DNA of 64,000 bases from an uncultured Acidobacteriota bacterium (lineage in GTDB: Bacteria > Acidobacteriota > Terriglobia > Terriglobales > Acidobacteriaceae), in assembly GCA_963707735.1 (NCBI GenBank), contig CAVPRB010000008.1, positions 40,941-104,940 on the forward strand, read 5' to 3'. A model generated the notes under the pieces. It made no database searches. It worked only from the letters and a program-made list of their open reading frames with translations, and was not told the DNA's origin. The translations under genes were made by a program, and so were the position numbers. Shown here in pieces: positions 10,541-20,881 of this stretch. Position 1 is the first letter of the stretch. Each line of letters begins with the position of its first letter.

Positions 10541-11258
10541 TTAGCGCACACGCAGGAGTTGCGGCAGCAGCTCCCCGGCCCTGCCCTCGAAGACCCGGGT
10601 GAATGCCGCGGCGTTGGCTGGATGCTCCGGCCCCACGTAATAGGTGCGCACGGGCGCGCCGCCGCCGTGGCGCTCATTGCCCAGCGCACAAAACTTGCCG
10701 CCGGTTGCACGACGCCGGAGGTTCCAACTAACCAGCATCACGGTACAGCGTTGCAATTCTTCGATGATTCGTTCCATGTGGAATGGCATCTCGCCGAACC
10801 AGACGATATTCGGCCGGATGCGTCCGCCGCACTCGCAGCGGCGGTGCTCCGCTGCGCTCTCATATAGGCGCGCGTCGGGAAACGGCTCGCGCACGCAACG
10901 ATCGCAGCGGGACTGGAAGAGCTCTCCATGCATGTGCACCAGGTTGTGGGAACCCGCGCGCTCATGCAGGTCGTCCACGTTCTGCGTGCACAGGAAATAG
11001 CGCTCGCCCAGCCTGCGCTCCAACTCCGCCAGCGCCAAATGCGCGGCGATTCGGCTGGGCGCGCGAGGCGGCTTTCCGGCGCACGGAGTAAAAGCGCCAG
11101 ACACGTTCTGGATCGCGCTTCCATCCACGCGGTGACGCCACATCTTCCACCCGCTCGCCTTCCCACAGTCCGCCCGGACCGCGAAACGTCGCCAGCCCAC
11201 TTTCGGCGCTGATCCCCGCGCCGGTCAGCACGAAGACGTGATCGCCATCGCCAATCAC
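10541..11258 (-). pseudogene. cobB: Sir2-family NAD-dependent deacylase, about three frame changes
   Basis: [15 protein letters not shown] is in ORF 10962..11258. [11 protein letters not shown], the Zn-ribbon cysteines and IVWFGE are in ORF 10541..11200. PAASFVRWA is in ORF 10525..10710, after which the sequence returns to the previous frame. Confidence 0.75.
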
Positions 11259-12197
11259 AATCCGTTTGAGAGCGTCATGCCATTGCTCCTACTTTGATTT
11301 CTCCCAAGGCCCTTCGATTGCGCTTCCAACGAAGCCGCAAAATGCTCCAGCACGAACTGCCAATCATGCCCGCCGGGATAGATGTGCGCCTCGTGCGGAA
11401 CCCCGCGCTGCAGTGAGCAGTTTATCCATGGCTACCGTTCCGGCATTGAAGCCATAGCGATCCTGTGCGCCGCAATCGAAATAGATCGTCATTCGCTTGA
11501 GCGCCGGCAGCGAGGCCGCACGCGCCAGTTGAAACGCCGAGTTCTTTTCGTAGAACGCCATATCGGGCGGATTGCCGAAGATCGTACCCATCAGTTCTTG
11601 CTGCCACTGCTGGGAGAGCTCACGCGGCAAATGCTCGATCAGGGCGGGCATGTTCGCGCTGACCACGGCAAACTTTTCCGGATACTTGAAGGCATAGTGC
11701 AGCGCGCCGAATCCGCCCATGGAGATTCCCATGATTCCACGCTGTGAGCGGGTTGTGCCGATGCGGTACTTTTTTTCCATCGCAGGTAGAAACTCTGCTA
11801 GAAAGAAATCTTCATAGCGGAATTTGCCGTCCCTGGAATTGATGTAGAACGAGGCAAACCCCGCCGGCGCCACCACGGCGAACTCGCCAATCTGCTTCTC
11901 GCGCATGAGGCGGTCATAAATCGACCACCCGCCAAGATTGACCAGCGACTGCTCGTTGTCTCCCAACCCATGCAGATAATAGGCCACCGGATAACGCCGC
12001 GCCTCGTCCACCGCGTAACTGGGCGGAAGCATCACGCAGTAAGGCACCGGACGAGCCAGGACCTTGCTTTCCAGCGTCGAGCACTCCACCTTTGAATGAG
12101 CGGCGGGGGACTGGGCAACGCAGAGCGCAAGCAGAGCTGAATAAGACACCCGAGCACGGCCATCCAACGGCTTGCAGCTTTCATTTTCACCCCGCAA
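11255..12197 (-). pseudogene. alpha/beta-hydrolase esterase (esterase D / enterochelin-esterase-like), one frame change near the 3' end
   Basis: GxSxG nucleophile elbow GISMGGFGA. After about 11405 the conserved end VPHEAHIYPGGHDWQFVLEHF continues in another frame to TGA at 11255-11257. That stop overlaps the Sir2 GTG start. Confidence 0.65.
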
Positions 12198-12225
12198 TAA
12201 TACATTTATATATGTCGATGCAAGG

Positions 12226-13536
12226 TCACTCGTAACGCAGCGCCTGCACCGGATCGAGCCTGGCGGCGCGCGCCGCCGGATAGATGCCGGCCAGCACGCT
12301 GACCAGCACGCTGAAGCTAATGGCTGCGGCGACCAGCCACAGCGGAACCGTCCAGAGATTTTCCGCCGGCATCTTCATTCTGTGCAGGTAGAGGTTGGTG
12401 CCGAGGTTAATGGCGCGCCCGATGACCCATCCCAGCGCCACGCCCAGCGCGCCGCCGGCCAGACCCATGGTGGCGGCTTCGGCAAAGAAAAGCTTCTTCA
12501 CGTCGAGCGTCGCTGGCGCCCAGAGCCTTCATGATTCCGATCTCGCGGCGCCGCTCCAGCACCGCCATCACCAGCGTATTCACAATCGCCAGGGAAGCGA
12601 CAGCCAGCGCCAGCGATCCGAAGATTCCCAGGAACATATCCAGCACGGCAAAGAAGCGCCGGATGCTCCGGGTCGCGTCCAGATAGGAGTAGGCCGAGTA
12701 ATTCATCTGTTTCACCGACTCTTCCACCTTCTCCGCGTAGGCCGCCGATTTCATGCGTGCCGTGAGCATCGAATAAGTGCGCTCGCCCGGCGCGGAGCGA
12801 ACCAGTTGCTGGGTATCGGCAGGCTGCATCAGGTTCGCATGGCCTCGGCCGTTGCGGTGGGCAGAAAGACGCGCGCCCGGCTGATCATGCGCATGCCGCC
12901 GAATGGCTCTTCGTCCAGTATCCCGACAATGCGGAACTGTTTCTCCTTGCGTTCGATGCTGAAGCTCGCGGGGTTGTCGCCACTCTGGCGCTCGGCATAG
13001 CGCACGGTGAGAGTTTTGCCCAGCACCCAATCCGGATCCTTCTCCAGCTTCTTGGCAAAGTCGCGCTGCAGCAAAACTTCATCGGCGTTCGCGGAGGTGA
13101 AAAACCTGCCCTTCACTTTTTCCACCGCGTCTTCGTCGCGCGCCGACCACGGAAGTCCCGCCAGCAGCGTGAAGTTGGTCTTGCCGCCGTACTCCACCTC
13201 GGACATCGCCCGGACCTCGGGTACAACTTCCTCCACGCCGGGCAGCGCCGCAATTCTTGCGCGCGCATCGTCATTCAGCACCGGAGACTCCTCGGGCTTG
13301 GCGTCGGCGTTCTCTTCCATGTTCCGGATGTCCTGCCTGCTGGTAACAAAAACGGTCTGGAACATCCCGGACTTCATGAGCTGGTGATTGGCGAATCCCT
13401 GCAATCCGATGCCGAGCGAAAGCATGGCAACCATTGAGGCCACGCCGACGGCGATACCCATGGTGGTAAGTGCATTGCGCAGGCGCGCGTTGCGCATGTT
13501 GCGAGCCGCGAGTTCAATCAGGTCCTGGCGAATCAT
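12226..13536 (-). pseudogene. FtsX/MacB-type ABC transporter permease, two frame changes
   Basis: The N-terminal TM helix plus periplasmic domain is in ORF 12829..13536. The middle (LGIFGSLALAVASLAIVNTLVMAVLERRREIGIMKALGAS) is in ORF 12407..13030. The C-terminal FtsX helices are in ORF 12226..12501. Confidence 0.75.
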
Positions 13537-14243
13537 GGCAGCGCCTCCACGCCCGGCACCAATCTTCCATCCGCCATGTGCAGCGACTTGCGGGCGTAGT
13601 GCGCGGCCAGTGCCGGGTCGTGCGTCACCATCAATACGGTCACGCCCATTTTTTCGTTCAACTCGCGCAGCAGCGCCATCACCTCGTGACCATTGCGGCT
13701 GTCCAGATTTCCGGTTGGCTCGTCGGCCAGCAACAGCGAGGGGCGATTGGCCAGGGCGCGCGCGATCGCACCCCGCTGCTGCTCGCCGCCGCTCAACTCC
13801 GTCGGCTTGTGATTGGCACGATGAGCCAATCCAACTTTGGTGAGCAGCTCCAGCACGCGGCTTCGCCTTTCACCGCGCGGCGACTCCGCAAACCGAAGCG
13901 GCAGTTCGACGTTGTCGGCCAAGGTCATGGTGGGCACAAGGTTGAAGGATTGAAAGATCATGCCAACCGTCAGCCGGCGGTGGCGAGCCAGCGCCTCAGA
14001 GTCCATCACGCTCAGATCCCGCCCAGCGACCACGATGCTGCCCGCGCTCAGCCTGTCCAGCCCGGCCAGAAGATTCAGCAGGGTGGACTTGCCCGAACCC
14101 GATGGTCCCAGCAAGGCAGCAAATTCTCCGCGCGCGATGGTAAAGCTCACGTCCTCGACCGCGCGCACGATGGAGTCACCCATCGTGTAATGCCGGCTGG
14201 CGCCACGCGCCTCCATGGCCAACGCGCCGTTCTCTCCACTCAT
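13533..14243 (-). CDS. ABC transporter ATP-binding protein (MacB/LolD-like)
   Basis: Walker [10 protein letters not shown], signature LSGGEQQR, Walker B LLLADEPT. Overlaps the permease start by 4 nt. Confidence 0.9.
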   Translation of the reverse strand: MSGENGALAMEARGASRHYTMGDSIVRAVEDVSFTIARGEFAALLGPSGSGKSTLLNLLAGLDRLSAGSIVVAGRDLSVMDSEALARHRRLTVGMIFQSFNLVPTMTLADNVELPLRFAESPRGERRSRVLELLTKVGLAHRANHKPTELSGGEQQRGAIARALANRPSLLLADEPTGNLDSRNGHEVMALLRELNEKMGVTVLMVTHDPALAAHYARKSLHMADGRLVPGVEALP

Positions 14244-14368
14244 TCTTTAGCCGTTCCCTTCCCCGCCACCTTTTAGTGTATTTGACGCGTTGCCAAGCGG
14301 ATATGGCGCATCCATCCGTCATCTTCCGTATTTTCCGGCCACAGCGCCACCAAGGCCGTTTTTTGCCA

Positions 14369-14398
14369 TTGACCTCGGTGGCACTCTCTGTTTAGGAT
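14369..14398 (+). promoter_or_regulatory. candidate sigma-70 promoter of the his operon
   Basis: TTGACC at 14369-14374, an 18-nt spacer, then TAGGAT at 14393-14398, just upstream of the leader ATG at 14407. Confidence 0.3.
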
Positions 14399-14406
14399 CA
14401 TTGCAC

Positions 14407-14487
14407 ATGAATTCTTCGCTTCATCACCGCCATCATCATCATGACCATACGGCGATTGTGTCGGCGGAGGCGAGCGGAACCCTGTAA
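14407..14487 (+). CDS. hisL: histidine operon leader peptide
   Basis: 26-codon ORF MNSSLHHRHHHHDHTAIVSAEASGTL. Seven His fall within nine consecutive codons (6 CAT, 1 CAC). It lies directly upstream of a terminator and the his genes. Confidence 0.7.
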   Translation: MNSSLHHRHHHHDHTAIVSAEASGTL

Positions 14488-14509
14488 TAGGCAATCATTC
14501 AAGCTCTGG

Positions 14510-14547
14510 CCCGCTGGTGCAATCAAACCCAGCGGGTTTTTCTTTTT
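14510..14547 (+). terminator. intrinsic terminator (attenuator) between leader and hisI
   Basis: Stem CCCGCTGG (14510-14517) pairs with CCAGCGGG (14529-14536). The loop is 11 nt and is followed by TTTTTCTTTTT (14537-14547). Confidence 0.7.
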
Positions 14548-14583
14548 GCCGCTTCGGATGAAGGCTCCAGTGATGCCAGTCCA

Positions 14584-14943
14584 ATGAGGACCAGGACAAT
14601 GCAGATCGATTTTGAAAAGATGGGAGGACTCGCCCCGGCCATCGTGCAGGATGCCGACAACGGCGAGGTTCTCATGGTGGGCTTCATGAATCAGGAGGCG
14701 CTCGACAAGACGCTTCAGACCGGCTACGTAACCTTCTATAGCCGCACCCGCAATACGCTGTGGACCAAGGGCGAGACCAGCGGCAATCGCCTGCGCCTCG
14801 CCTATGCAGCAACTGATTGCGACAACGATACCCTTCTCTGCAAGGTGCGCGTCGAGGGTGACGGCCTGGTGTGCCATGAAGGCACGCGCTCCTGTTTCAC
14901 CAAACCCATCCCCGTCTCCCGATCGGAGGTCTCCAATGCCTAA
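14584..14943 (+). CDS. hisI: phosphoribosyl-AMP cyclohydrolase (monofunctional HisI)
   Basis: [36 protein letters not shown] and the C-terminal Cys cluster ([11 protein letters not shown]...CH). There is no HisE domain. ATG 14599 is an alternative start. Confidence 0.85.
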   Translation: MRTRTMQIDFEKMGGLAPAIVQDADNGEVLMVGFMNQEALDKTLQTGYVTFYSRTRNTLWTKGETSGNRLRLAYAATDCDNDTLLCKVRVEGDGLVCHEGTRSCFTKPIPVSRSEVSNA

Positions 14944-15808
14944 GATTCGACTTGGCATTCCAAAGGGCTCGCTGCAGGACGCGACCATCGCATTGTTTGC
15001 CGCCGCCGGATTCAAGATTTACGCCAACGGCCGCTCGTATTTTCCCTCCACCGACGATCCCGAACTGGAATGCATGTTGATCCGCGCCCAGGAAATGGCC
15101 CGTTATGTCGAGCAGGGCGTGCTCGACGCCGGACTCACCGGGCTCGACTGGGTGATCGAGAGCGGGCGCCAGGTCGAGGCCGTCTGCGATCTTATCTACT
15201 CCAAGCAAAGCCGGGGAGGCGTGCGCTGGGTGCTCGCTGTGCCGGAAGAGTCGACCGTGCAGCGCGCCGAGGATCTCGCCGGTAAAATCATCGCAACCGA
15301 GCTGGTGGAAGTAACCAGGAATTACTTCAGCGCGAGGAATATCCCGGTGCAGGTGGACTTCAGTTGGGGCGCCACCGAAGTGAAGCCGCCGATGCTGGCC
15401 GACGCCATCGTCGAGGTCACCGAAACCGGAAGCTCGCTGCGCGCCAATCGCCTCCGCATCGTGGAGACCGTGCTCGAATCCAACACCCAGGTGATCGCCA
15501 ACAAGAAAGCCTATGCCGACGAATGGAAGCGCCGCAAAATCGACAACATTGCCCTGATGCTGCAGGGCGCCATCGCGGCCCAGGGACGCGTGGGACTGAT
15601 GCTGAACGTGCAGCAGAAGGACTTGGCAGGAGTGCTCGCCGTGTTGCCCGCGCTCAACTCACCGACCATTTCCGCACTCAGCAACTCCGACTGGGTCGCC
15701 GTCAACACCATCCTCGAGGAAACCGTCGTGCGTGATGTGATCCCACGCCTGAAAGCTGCGGGCGGCACTGGAATCGTCGAGTATCCGCTAAATAAGGTGG
15801 TGATGTAA
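14936..15808 (+). CDS. hisG: ATP phosphoribosyltransferase, long form
   Basis: [14 protein letters not shown] start at ATG 14936, 290 aa including the C-terminal regulatory domain. Overlaps the hisI end and the hisD start. Confidence 0.9.
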   Translation: MPKIRLGIPKGSLQDATIALFAAAGFKIYANGRSYFPSTDDPELECMLIRAQEMARYVEQGVLDAGLTGLDWVIESGRQVEAVCDLIYSKQSRGGVRWVLAVPEESTVQRAEDLAGKIIATELVEVTRNYFSARNIPVQVDFSWGATEVKPPMLADAIVEVTETGSSLRANRLRIVETVLESNTQVIANKKAYADEWKRRKIDNIALMLQGAIAAQGRVGLMLNVQQKDLAGVLAVLPALNSPTISALSNSDWVAVNTILEETVVRDVIPRLKAAGGTGIVEYPLNKVVM

Positions 15809-17064
15809 TGAAACTGCTCAGTGGCGAGGAGGCAGCGCAAGCCGTCGTCTCGCTCGCTCATCGCTACGCTTCGTTTGATCCCGAGGTGGAGAAGACCGTC
15901 GCCGGGATCGTCAACCAAGTGCGAACCGCAGGCGATGCCGCCCTGCTGGAGTACGCACACAAACTGGACGGGCTGGCCGAGGGTGCGCCCATGCGCGTCT
16001 CCGCCGAAGAGTTGCAAGCCGCGCTCGCCATGGTGAGTCCCGAGTTCATTCACGCCATCGAGACCGCGGCAAGAAATATCCGCAACTTCGCCGAGTGGCA
16101 ACTGCCGCGCCCCTGGCTGCGCACGATTCATCCAGGGCTGCGCGTGGGCCAGGCGATTCGCCCGCTGGAGTCCGTGGCCTGCTACGCCCCCGGCGGCCGC
16201 CATCCCCTACCCTCCACCGTGCTGATGACCGTAATCCCCGCACAGGTGGCGGGTGTGCAGCGCATCGCCGTCGCATCGCCGCGCCCGGCGCCGGAAACGT
16301 TGGCGGCAGCGGCCATCATCGGCGTCACCGAGTTCTACCGCATCGGTGGAGCCCAGGCGATCGCAGCATTTGCCTACGGCACGAAGAGCATTCCAAAGGT
16401 CAACAAGATCGTTGGGCCCGGTAACACTTACGTCACCCTGGCGAAAAAGCTGGTCGCCTTTGATTGCGGCATTGACTTCCTCGCCGGGCCTACGGAGATT
16501 GTCTACTGCGCAACCGAGGGCAACGCGGAGTTTATCGCCAGCGACCTGGTGGCGCAGGCCGAGCACGACCCGGAGACGCTTGCCATCTTCGTAACCGCCA
16601 GCACCCGTCTGGCAAAGTTGGTGGTCAAGTACGCCACCGCCATGGCCCAGGACAATCCGATTGCAAGCCGGTCCCTGGCCGCGCGCGGAGTGGCCCTGGT
16701 CGCCAGGAGCCGCAAACAGGCACTCGAGTGGACCAATGAGATCGGCGGAGAACATGTAAGCGTGCCCCCGGAAGACGTGTACGACGTCAAGTGCGCCGGC
16801 TCCATCTTCCTTGGCGACTACACGGCGCAATCGCTGGGAGACTACGCCAGCGGTCCCAACCACACCCTGCCCACGGGCAATGTGGCGCGTTATCGCGGCG
16901 GGCTCAATGTGATTGATTTCGTTCGCATCATCACCTATCAGGAAGCCAGCCGCAAGGGTCTGGAGAAGATCGCGCCAACGGTTCTGCTGCTGGCCGAAGC
17001 AGAGGGTTTGAAGGGCCACGCCGCAAGCGTGCGCGTAAGGCTGAAGAATGAGGGCCGCAAATGA
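15808..17064 (+). CDS. hisD: histidinol dehydrogenase
   Basis: 418 aa, with a typical HisD sequence including QAEHD and the GDYASGPNHTLPT motifs. Confidence 0.95.
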   Translation: MKLLSGEEAAQAVVSLAHRYASFDPEVEKTVAGIVNQVRTAGDAALLEYAHKLDGLAEGAPMRVSAEELQAALAMVSPEFIHAIETAARNIRNFAEWQLPRPWLRTIHPGLRVGQAIRPLESVACYAPGGRHPLPSTVLMTVIPAQVAGVQRIAVASPRPAPETLAAAAIIGVTEFYRIGGAQAIAAFAYGTKSIPKVNKIVGPGNTYVTLAKKLVAFDCGIDFLAGPTEIVYCATEGNAEFIASDLVAQAEHDPETLAIFVTASTRLAKLVVKYATAMAQDNPIASRSLAARGVALVARSRKQALEWTNEIGGEHVSVPPEDVYDVKCAGSIFLGDYTAQSLGDYASGPNHTLPTGNVARYRGGLNVIDFVRIITYQEASRKGLEKIAPTVLLLAEAEGLKGHAASVRVRLKNEGRK

Positions 17065-18170
17065 ACACTGAGCTGCGCGCCCGCCGTGCCGTCGAAATTC
17101 TGAAGGAGTATCACCCGCCACTTGGCGACCGCGACGGACTGCGCCTCGACTTCAACGAGAACGTGGATGGCTGTTCGCCTCTCGTGCTCCAGACCCTGCA
17201 CGCCATCACCGCCGAGACGTTGAACAAATATCCTGAGCGGGAGCCCGGCGAGCGCGCCGTCGCCGAGCATCTTGGAATCTCCTCCGGGCAGGTATTGCTG
17301 ACCAACGGCGTGGACGAAGCAATTCACCTGCTTGCGGAATCCTACCTTGAACCGGGGGATGAGACGCTGATCGCCGTGCCGACCTTCAGCATGTATGAGA
17401 TCTACGCGCTGGCAACCGGCGCGGCAGTTCGCACCGTACCATCGGACGCGGCCTTCAGGTTTCCCGCCAATGCCCTGTTGGCTGGCATCACGCCGGAGAC
17501 GCGCCTCATCTGCATCGCCAGTCCCAACAATCCTACGGGAACCGTCGCGACTCGCGCGCAACTGCTCGCCATCGTGCGGGCCGCGCCACAGGCCGCCGTG
17601 CTCATCGACGAGGCCTACATTCATTTCGGAGGCGAGAGCCTGCTGGATCAGGTCGGCATCATCGACAATCTCTTTGTCAGCCGGACTTTTTCAAAAGCGT
17701 ACGGACTGGCGGGTTTCCGTCTTGGCGCATTGCTCGGCTCCCCCAGCCAGCTGAAGATGCTGCGCCGCGTCGCCTCGCCCTACAACGTAAACGGCATCGC
17801 CCTAACCTGCCTCGGCGCGGCGCTCGACGATGGCGATTACATCGCCTGCTATGTGGCGCAGGTCCTCGAGGGCCGGAGCCTGCTGGAAGACTTCTACCGC
17901 ACCCATGGCATTCCTTTCTGGCCCTCGCAGGCCAACTTCGTGCTCGCCTATTTCGGCAGCTATCGCCAGGCCCTGGTGGGGGAGATGCGCCGGCGCGGCA
18001 TTCTCGTCCGCGACCGCAACAGCGATCCCGGCTGCCAGGGCTGCGTGCGCATCACTCTCGGCAATCGTCTGCAGACCGCGCGCCTGCTGCGCGAACTTCC
18101 CGCGGCGCTTCGTAGCATCGCCTTCACGCCGCAACCGCATCCCACCCTCGCCGCCAAGGAGGCACAATGA
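17061..18170 (+). CDS. hisC: histidinol-phosphate aminotransferase
   Basis: Class II aminotransferase; PLP lysine context [16 protein letters not shown]; operon position. Confidence 0.9.
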   Translation: MNTELRARRAVEILKEYHPPLGDRDGLRLDFNENVDGCSPLVLQTLHAITAETLNKYPEREPGERAVAEHLGISSGQVLLTNGVDEAIHLLAESYLEPGDETLIAVPTFSMYEIYALATGAAVRTVPSDAAFRFPANALLAGITPETRLICIASPNNPTGTVATRAQLLAIVRAAPQAAVLIDEAYIHFGGESLLDQVGIIDNLFVSRTFSKAYGLAGFRLGALLGSPSQLKMLRRVASPYNVNGIALTCLGAALDDGDYIACYVAQVLEGRSLLEDFYRTHGIPFWPSQANFVLAYFGSYRQALVGEMRRRGILVRDRNSDPGCQGCVRITLGNRLQTARLLRELPAALRSIAFTPQPHPTLAAKEAQ

Positions 18171-18778
18171 CCAAGTCCGCGAAACCTCTGTCCCGAGGCA
18201 CCGAACTCGAACGTAACACCACCGAAACCCGGATCGCACTCGCGCTCAACATCGACGGCACCGGAATCTACAAGGTGGAGACCGGAATCCGCTTTCTCGA
18301 CCATATGCTCGAGTTGTTCACCCGCCACGGAGGATTCGACCTGGCGCTGGCCTGCCGCGGTGACCTCGATGTCGATCAGCATCACACTGTCGAAGACGTT
18401 GGCATTGCTCTCGGTGAAGCGTTTGATCGCGCCCTTGGCGACAAGAAAGGAATCCTGCGCGCGGGATACTTCCTGATGGCGATGGATGAAACCCTCGGAA
18501 TTGCCGCCGTGGACTTGAGCGGACGCGCCGCTTGCGTGGTCGATACGAAGGTGCGCGCGCGTCTGGTAGGCGATCTGCAGAGCGAGTTGGTTTTCGATTT
18601 TTTCGAGGGCTTTGCGCGCGGAGCACGGGCCAACGTGCATCTGAAAACCATGTACGGACGTTCTAACCATCACAAGATCGAAGCGCTCTTCAAGGCATTT
18701 GCCCGTGCTCTCCGCGCTGCCTGCAGCAAGGATCAAAGGCTGGCCGAGATGTTGCCGTCCACCAAGGGGCTTCTGTAG
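18167..18778 (+). CDS. hisB: imidazoleglycerol-phosphate dehydratase
   Basis: [29 protein letters not shown] and [15 protein letters not shown] motifs. No fused phosphatase domain. Confidence 0.95.
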   Translation: MTKSAKPLSRGTELERNTTETRIALALNIDGTGIYKVETGIRFLDHMLELFTRHGGFDLALACRGDLDVDQHHTVEDVGIALGEAFDRALGDKKGILRAGYFLMAMDETLGIAAVDLSGRAACVVDTKVRARLVGDLQSELVFDFFEGFARGARANVHLKTMYGRSNHHKIEALFKAFARALRAACSKDQRLAEMLPSTKGLL

Positions 18779-19399
18779 ATGATCACGCTCATCGATTACA
18801 AAGCTGGCAACCTGACCAGCGTGCGCAAGGCTTTCAACTATCTTGGGCAGCAGTCCGTGGTCACCGGCGACCCTGCGCTCGTGCGCGACGCCGAGGCTCT
18901 GGTGCTTCCGGGCGTGGGCCACTTCTGCACCACCGAGAGGCTGGCCTCGAGCGGCGTGCGCGACGCGGTCCTTGAGGCGATTGCGCGCGGTGTCCCCTTT
19001 CTGGGTATCTGCGTCGGCATGCAATGGCAGTTTGCCGGCTCAACCGAAGCTCCGGAAACACAGGGTCTCGGGCTCTTCGAGGGCGCGTGCCAGCGCTTCC
19101 GCACCAGCCTCAAGGTGCCACACGTGGGATGGAACCGGATTCGCCGCACCGCGGCGGCCGAGCCGTCGCGCCTACTCGGCGGAGTGCCCGACGATAGCTT
19201 TGTATACTTCACCCATTCCTATCGCGCGCCGGTCGTCGCCGGTGTATCTGCCGTGACCACCTACGGCGAAACCTTCGCCGCATCGGTCGAGCGCGAAAAC
19301 GTCTTCGGCACCCAGTTCCATCCGGAAAAATCCGGCGACACCGGTTTGCGGATTCTCAAGAACTTCTGCGACTATGCGGCGGAACGGAGCGCGCGATGA
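18779..19399 (+). CDS. hisH: imidazole glycerol phosphate synthase, glutaminase subunit
   Basis: LPGVGHF, the GICVGMQ catalytic Cys, and FHPEKS. Confidence 0.95.
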   Translation: MITLIDYKAGNLTSVRKAFNYLGQQSVVTGDPALVRDAEALVLPGVGHFCTTERLASSGVRDAVLEAIARGVPFLGICVGMQWQFAGSTEAPETQGLGLFEGACQRFRTSLKVPHVGWNRIRRTAAAEPSRLLGGVPDDSFVYFTHSYRAPVVAGVSAVTTYGETFAASVERENVFGTQFHPEKSGDTGLRILKNFCDYAAERSAR

Positions 19400-20196
19400 G
19401 CACGGGAATCACCAAGCGCATTATTGCCTGTCTCGACGTGACCAAGGGGCGCGTGGTAAAGGGAGTGCAGTTCGTGGATCTGATTGACGCCGGAGACCCA
19501 GCCGAACTCGCACATCTCCACGCCACCAGCGGCGCCGATGAAATCGTGTTGCTTGACATCACTGCCACCAGCGACGCGCGTCCCATTCTCATCGACGTGG
19601 TCCGGCGCACCGCACTTCAGCTCTTTGTGCCTTTTACCGTGGGAGGCGGCGTGCGCTCGCTCGACGATGCCAGCACGCTCTTTGATGCCGGGGCCGACAA
19701 GATCAGCATCAATTCCGCCGCCATCAAGACTCCCGCGATCATCACGGAGATTGCCGAGCGCTTCGGCTCCCAGGCCGTCATTGTCGCCATTGACGCCAAA
19801 CGCAAGCCTGCGGCGGAGGGTGCCGCCGTCTCCAGTAACGTGCCCGCCGAGGTTTATCTTGCCGGAGGCCGCATCGCGACCGGCCACGACGCCGTCGCGT
19901 GGGCGCGCGAGGCCGAGTCTCGCGGCGCCGGAGAGATTCTGCTCACCTCGATGGACTGCGATGGAACCCGCGCCGGCTTCGATTGTCCGCTCACCGCGGC
20001 CGTTGCCAACGCTGTGAACATCCCCGTGATTGCCAGCGGCGGCGCGGGCTCGGGCGATCACTTCGTGGAAGTATTCAAATCCGGATGCGCCGATGCCGCG
20101 CTCGCCGCCTCCATCTTCCATTTCGGCATTCACGATCTGCGCGAGTTGAAAGCGCAACTGCAACGCGAAGGCATCCCGGTGCGGCTACCTTGTTGA
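19396..20196 (+). CDS. hisF: imidazole glycerol phosphate synthase, cyclase subunit
   Basis: [22 protein letters not shown] and AASIFHF motifs. Confidence 0.95.
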   Translation: MSTGITKRIIACLDVTKGRVVKGVQFVDLIDAGDPAELAHLHATSGADEIVLLDITATSDARPILIDVVRRTALQLFVPFTVGGGVRSLDDASTLFDAGADKISINSAAIKTPAIITEIAERFGSQAVIVAIDAKRKPAAEGAAVSSNVPAEVYLAGGRIATGHDAVAWAREAESRGAGEILLTSMDCDGTRAGFDCPLTAAVANAVNIPVIASGGAGSGDHFVEVFKSGCADAALAASIFHFGIHDLRELKAQLQREGIPVRLPC

Positions 20197-20246
20197 GGGC
20201 GCTGATATACTCGATACACGCATCCCGAACACGGAGGCTTGGCCCC

Positions 20247-20807
20247 ATGGCCGATTCCGAACTTATAATCTTTTGTAGGCAGGTGAGGAAAAGGTCGCAG
20301 GAAAACAAACAGGCGTTAGTCCTCCTACAGCGGAACGCTCTTACTGGCAACGTGATGGGTGTTCTGCGGCAAGAGCTTGACTCCATGGTTCGCTGCATTT
20401 TCCTCCTGTCCGTCACTGATAGGCAATATCGACAACGATTGCTCGAAGATTCTGTGAGCGGCAAACCATGGCGCACCGTGGACGGCAAGCGCAAAATCAC
20501 CGACAGAGAGATGGTTGATTTGTCGAGCAAGCTGCATGGCTGGACTCAGAATGTCTACGCCTTCGGCTGCGGTTTCATACATCTGTCAGCCTTCCACGAC
20601 CCTAATCGAGACCCGCTTGATTCGTTGACGCCCGAGGATCGCAAGGACATTGCCCACTACCTTCGGTGCTACCACGGCGTAACGATAGACCGTACAACCA
20701 CGTTCCACGAAATCAAGCGAGTACTTCCCGCTGTTTTTGACAAGATCTCAGCCAATCTTGAATGTTGCGTAAAGGATCTTGAGGCTGATTCAGAATTGAC
20801 GGACTGA
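20247..20807 (+). CDS. hypothetical protein inserted between hisF and hisA
   Basis: 186-aa ORF from ATG 20247, visibly more AT-rich than the flanking his genes. No domain recognised. One Rx4H string (RKDIAH) is noted. Confidence 0.55.
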   Translation: MADSELIIFCRQVRKRSQENKQALVLLQRNALTGNVMGVLRQELDSMVRCIFLLSVTDRQYRQRLLEDSVSGKPWRTVDGKRKITDREMVDLSSKLHGWTQNVYAFGCGFIHLSAFHDPNRDPLDSLTPEDRKDIAHYLRCYHGVTIDRTTTFHEIKRVLPAVFDKISANLECCVKDLEADSELTD

Positions 20808-20881
20808 CGAGCAACCAGGCGCATCATGCCGCGTCGCCCTTCATCACATCTATTAACATTTGTTACCCAGGACTTAACTAA

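Noticed and set aside
14290-14487. 65-aa ORF with a His-rich C-terminus as a possible metal-binding protein
   Set aside because: The upstream 39 codons overlap the putative promoter and look non-coding. The internal ATG at 14407, the short length, the terminator, and the position in front of the his genes fit a leader peptide much better.
15511-20163. Series of long minus-strand ORFs (15511..16203, 16207..17121, 17960..19024, 19372..20163) opposite the his genes
   Set aside because: The plus-strand ORFs carry unmistakable HisG/D/C/B/H/F motifs with overlapping start/stop junctions. The antisense ORFs are low-complexity Arg/Gly/Ala-rich shadows.
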